Of a stretch of 64,000 nt of DNA, positions 61,122-64,000 are shown in pieces. The notes below the pieces were generated by a model. That model was not told the origin of the DNA. It saw nothing but the letters and a program-made list of their open reading frames with translations, and made no database searches. The position numbers were made by a program, and so were the translations under genes. Source of the stretch: Candidatus Marinacidobacterales bacterium (GTDB lineage Bacteria > Acidobacteriota > Vicinamibacteria > Marinacidobacterales > SMYC01); contig OZ250169.1 in the NCBI GenBank assembly GCA_965237955.1, positions 7,392,001-7,456,000 of the forward strand, read 5' to 3'. Every line of letters begins with the position of its first letter. The stretch's first letter is position 1.

Positions 61122-61304
61122 TTACGCTGATTTGAGTACGCTTCGTTTGAGGTCGCCGGTGTGATAGGGAAGCGTAACCTTGAACTCCGGATTGTCGGGA
61201 TGCCGGAGGGCGTAGTGGCTTCCCGTAGTGTGGTGAATTAAAAAGCCTGCTCTCTGGAGCGCCTTGAGTATTTCTTTCGGCTTGAGAACAGGCAGGCGGG
61301 TCAT
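61122..61304 (-). CDS. hicA: HicA-family toxin, C-terminally truncated
   Basis: LKPKEILKALQRAGF...GSHYALRHP...VTLPYH.GDL; ends after 60 aa at the IS remnant. Confidence 0.8.
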   Translation of the reverse strand: MTRLPVLKPKEILKALQRAGFLIHHTTGSHYALRHPDNPEFKVTLPYHTGDLKRSVLKSA

Positions 61305-61555
61305 GTGGGTTGGAGCGCAACCCGTATTTGTTCCTTGACCGGCTCGAGCGTGAGTGGTTTGTCGGTTGGTATGGCTTCTCCGTCCTTCTGGAGCGCCTCG
61401 AGGTAGCACCGGAGCGCATCTTGCGCCATCTCTCGTGCTTCTTCGAGCGTCTCTCCCTGGGTAGCCAAGTCCGGGATGGCCGGGAACGTGACCACGTAGC
61501 CGCCTTCCTCGGCCGGCTCGAAGAGTGCCGTAAACAAGTGTTCTTCTTGCTTCAT
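61301..61555 (-). CDS. hicB: HicB-family antitoxin
   Basis: EEGGYVVTFPAIPDLATQGETLEEAREMAQDAL; ATGA overlap with hicA. Confidence 0.88.
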   Translation of the reverse strand: MKQEEHLFTALFEPAEEGGYVVTFPAIPDLATQGETLEEAREMAQDALRCYLEALQKDGEAIPTDKPLTLEPVKEQIRVALQPT

Positions 61556-61791
61556 ACCTTGAATGGTAGCAGAGCGAAGGGTACTGTCAAAGTTGAGGTC
61601 TCGAGCTCGGATCGGGCCGCTAGATAATGGGGCTCGAGCGCACCGTGTTGCCAACATCTTGGGGTCGGATCGGCCCCGAATGCCTCAACTCGAAAGTACC
61701 CCAAAGCCATTAGTACTAATGAATGATAAGCGACAACGGCGACGACACCAGGACGGGCTTTGTCGTCGCCGCCGGCTTCGCTCATCCGCTC

Positions 61792-61957
61792 CTAGTCCCC
61801 TGGAACAGAGGTTCGTAGCCTAAAGCTCGACGCCATTTTGTGGGCTGGCGAGGCGTGACGACGAAGTCATATTGGAATATTTCGAGGAGGAACAACGAAG
61901 CCAGCGCGCAAAAAGGGCCCGAGATTTAGGCTACGAACCTCTGTTCCAGGGGACTAG
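61792..61957. mobile_element. MITE family B, copy 2
   Basis: Perfect 33-bp terminal IR including CTAG; matches 19300-19466. Confidence 0.88.
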
Positions 61958-62030
61958 GGTGTCATGAGCGAGGCGAGCGGATCCCCCAGAAGCTCGCGTT
62001 GGTAGCAGGCTGGTGTTCTCGAGCAGCCTG

Positions 62031-63491
62031 CTACGCGAGGATGCCGCGGATCGGGTGCCCGTCGACGTCAGCCAGGCGGAAGTCGCGCCCGCCGAACCGG
62101 TAGGTCAAGCCTCGATAGTCGAGGCCAAGCAGGGTGAGCACGGTGGCGTGCAGGTCCCGCACGGTGTGGGCGTTCTCGACGGCCCGGTAGCCATACTCGT
62201 CGGTCTGGCCGTAGATAAACCCTTTCTTGAGGCCACCGCCGGCCAGCCAGAGGCTGAAGCCATACGGGTTGTGATCGCGCCCGTTGGTGCCCTGCACGAA
62301 CGGAGTCCGTCCGAACTCGCCCGAGAAGATGACGAGGGTCTCGTCGAGCAACCCGCGCGACTTGAGATCCTTGACCAACCCGGCCACCGGCTGGTCGACG
62401 GCCATCGCGTTCGCGGTGTGCCCCTCCTCGAGCTTGCTGTGCTGGTCCCAAGGGTTGCCGCTCTGGCCCTCGCCTTCGATGCCGACCATGGTCATCTCGA
62501 CGAACCGGACCCCCCGCTCGACGAGCCGCCGCGCCAACAGACACTGGCGCCCATAGACGGCCGTGGAGGCGTTCGGCGAATCGAGCCCATAGAGCTTCTT
62601 GGTCGCCTCGGTCTCGCCGGCCAGATCGACCAGCTCGGGCACCGCCGTCTGCATGCGGTAGGCGATCTCATAGTTGTCGATCGCCGCCTCGACATGCCGG
62701 TCCCCGCCGATCCGCTCGAGAAACCCGCTGTCTAGATCGCCGATGACACGCAGCCGGTCGCGCTGCTGCCGGTCTGTCTCGCTTGGTCGGACGTTGTTGA
62801 GCGGCTCGGCTCTCTCCGGGTAGATCATCGAACCTTGATGAATGGCCGGGAGGAACCCGTTGCCGAACAAGTTGACCCCACCGATTGGGACACCGCCGCT
62901 GCCCAGCACCACGAATCCCGGGAGATTCTGGTTCTCGGTGCCGAGCCCGTAGGTGATCCAGGAGCCCATGCTGGGGAACCCGATGAACGGCATGCCGCAA
63001 TGGAAGTAGAAATTCGCCTGGGCGTGCTCCATGAACGGGGCGGTCATCGAGCGGATGACGGTCAACTCGTCGGCGACGCTCCCGGTGTGCGGGAACAACG
63101 CGCTCACCGGGATGCCGCTCTGCCCGTAACGGGTGAACTCCCAGGGACTCGGCATGATGTTGCCGTCGTCGTTGAACATCGTCCGTTCGGTCTGGAACGG
63201 CATCGGCTCCCCGGCCTCAGCCGCGAGCCGCGGTTTGGGATCGAAGGAGTCGACGTGCGAGAACGCCCCCGACATGTAACAGAAGATGACGTTCTTCACC
63301 CTGGGCGCTAAGGGCGGCGTCTTCGCCGCCAGCGGCCCGTCGGTGACCGCCTGGCCAAGTCCGGCGTAGGACGAGTCGGCCATGAGCGCCGACAGGGCGA
63401 GCATGCCGAACCCGGTCGAGGTCTGCCGCAACATCTCGCGGCGGGTCAGGAAGGGGCGCGGTGCAGGATGATGACGTGGGTCGTAGCACAT
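62031..63491 (-). CDS. DUF1501-domain protein
   Basis: Tat-like TRREML; SHVDSFDPKP, QCLLARRLVERGVRFV, WDQH, GEFGRTP, GRDHNP. Confidence 0.92.
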   Translation of the reverse strand: MCYDPRHHPAPRPFLTRREMLRQTSTGFGMLALSALMADSSYAGLGQAVTDGPLAAKTPPLAPRVKNVIFCYMSGAFSHVDSFDPKPRLAAEAGEPMPFQTERTMFNDDGNIMPSPWEFTRYGQSGIPVSALFPHTGSVADELTVIRSMTAPFMEHAQANFYFHCGMPFIGFPSMGSWITYGLGTENQNLPGFVVLGSGGVPIGGVNLFGNGFLPAIHQGSMIYPERAEPLNNVRPSETDRQQRDRLRVIGDLDSGFLERIGGDRHVEAAIDNYEIAYRMQTAVPELVDLAGETEATKKLYGLDSPNASTAVYGRQCLLARRLVERGVRFVEMTMVGIEGEGQSGNPWDQHSKLEEGHTANAMAVDQPVAGLVKDLKSRGLLDETLVIFSGEFGRTPFVQGTNGRDHNPYGFSLWLAGGGLKKGFIYGQTDEYGYRAVENAHTVRDLHATVLTLLGLDYRGLTYRFGGRDFRLADVDGHPIRGILA

Positions 63492-63507
63492 CGGAAGCCT
63501 CGGCCTT

Positions 63508-64000
63508 CTACTGGATGAAGACGTACTCCTTCAAATTGAACATACTGTGGGCGACGTCCTGCCACACGTCGGAGTCGTAGAGCAGGAGGTCCTCGGTGGT
63601 GCCGCGCTGCGACGCCACGGCGGTGAGATAGTCCGTCATCCGATCTCGCTCCGCGGCGGTCGGTTGCCGAGCCAGCGCCTTGAGAAACATGTGGTCGAGA
63701 CGTCCGCCGACCGTGCCCGCCTCGCCCTCGGCGAGACGGCGACCCCATTCGGCCGCCTGGCCGATAACGAACGGGCTGTTCAGCAGGGTGAGTGACTGCG
63801 CCGGGACGTTGGTCGCATCGCGCTGGCCACGGGTCGTTGCCGGCTTCGGCAGGTTGAACGCCTCCAGGAACGGGTTGTGGACGTTTCGACGGATCTCCTG
63901 GTAGATGCTACGTCGCCCCTCGCCGTCGACCGGGCCGTTGTCCCTGTTTCTTAGGACCGGCACCGACGGGCCATACATCGTCGGGTCGAGACGACCTGAC
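63508..64000 (-). CDS. DUF1553 (PSD1 / planctomycete cytochrome c) protein, 3' end
   Basis: RRSIY, TNVPAQSLTLLNSPFV, LARQPT; directly upstream of DUF1501 as is usual; runs off the window. Confidence 0.85.
   Translation of the reverse strand, partial: SGRLDPTMYGPSVPVLRNRDNGPVDGEGRRSIYQEIRRNVHNPFLEAFNLPKPATTRGQRDATNVPAQSLTLLNSPFVIGQAAEWGRRLAEGEAGTVGGRLDHMFLKALARQPTAAERDRMTDYLTAVASQRGTTEDLLLYDSDVWQDVAHSMFNLKEYVFIQ

Overview
High-GC bacterial DNA. The mix of GWxTD, DUF1501/DUF1553, CRTAC1/ASPIC, NHL and multiheme-TPR proteins suggests an Acidobacteriota-like organism (inference). It is an accessory region heavily invaded by mobile DNA: two IS21 types (three copies), two ISAzo13 copies plus debris, IS630 with two MITE families sharing its ends, IS3, IS5/IS903-group, IS256, rve-type and several IS91-like rolling-circle remnants. 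Many host genes are interrupted, truncated or frameshifted, and two stretches are mosaics of unrelated gene fragments. Intact islands survive between the elements. The three most interesting are: (1) a CotH kinase - lipoprotein/DUF4956 - VTC polyphosphate-polymerase-domain operon with a divergent second DUF4956 gene (32.9-37.6 kb), a candidate bacterial polyphosphate synthesis/export and extracytoplasmic phosphorylation system; (2) a pentaheme cytochrome in frame with an outer-membrane beta-barrel, followed by a tetraheme cytochrome (24.3-28.6 kb); (3) a Cyc2-like monoheme cytochrome-porin with a type-1 cupredoxin partner (40.9-43.1 kb). No rRNA, tRNA or CRISPR array is supported. All family assignments come from motif recognition by eye; no database searches were run.
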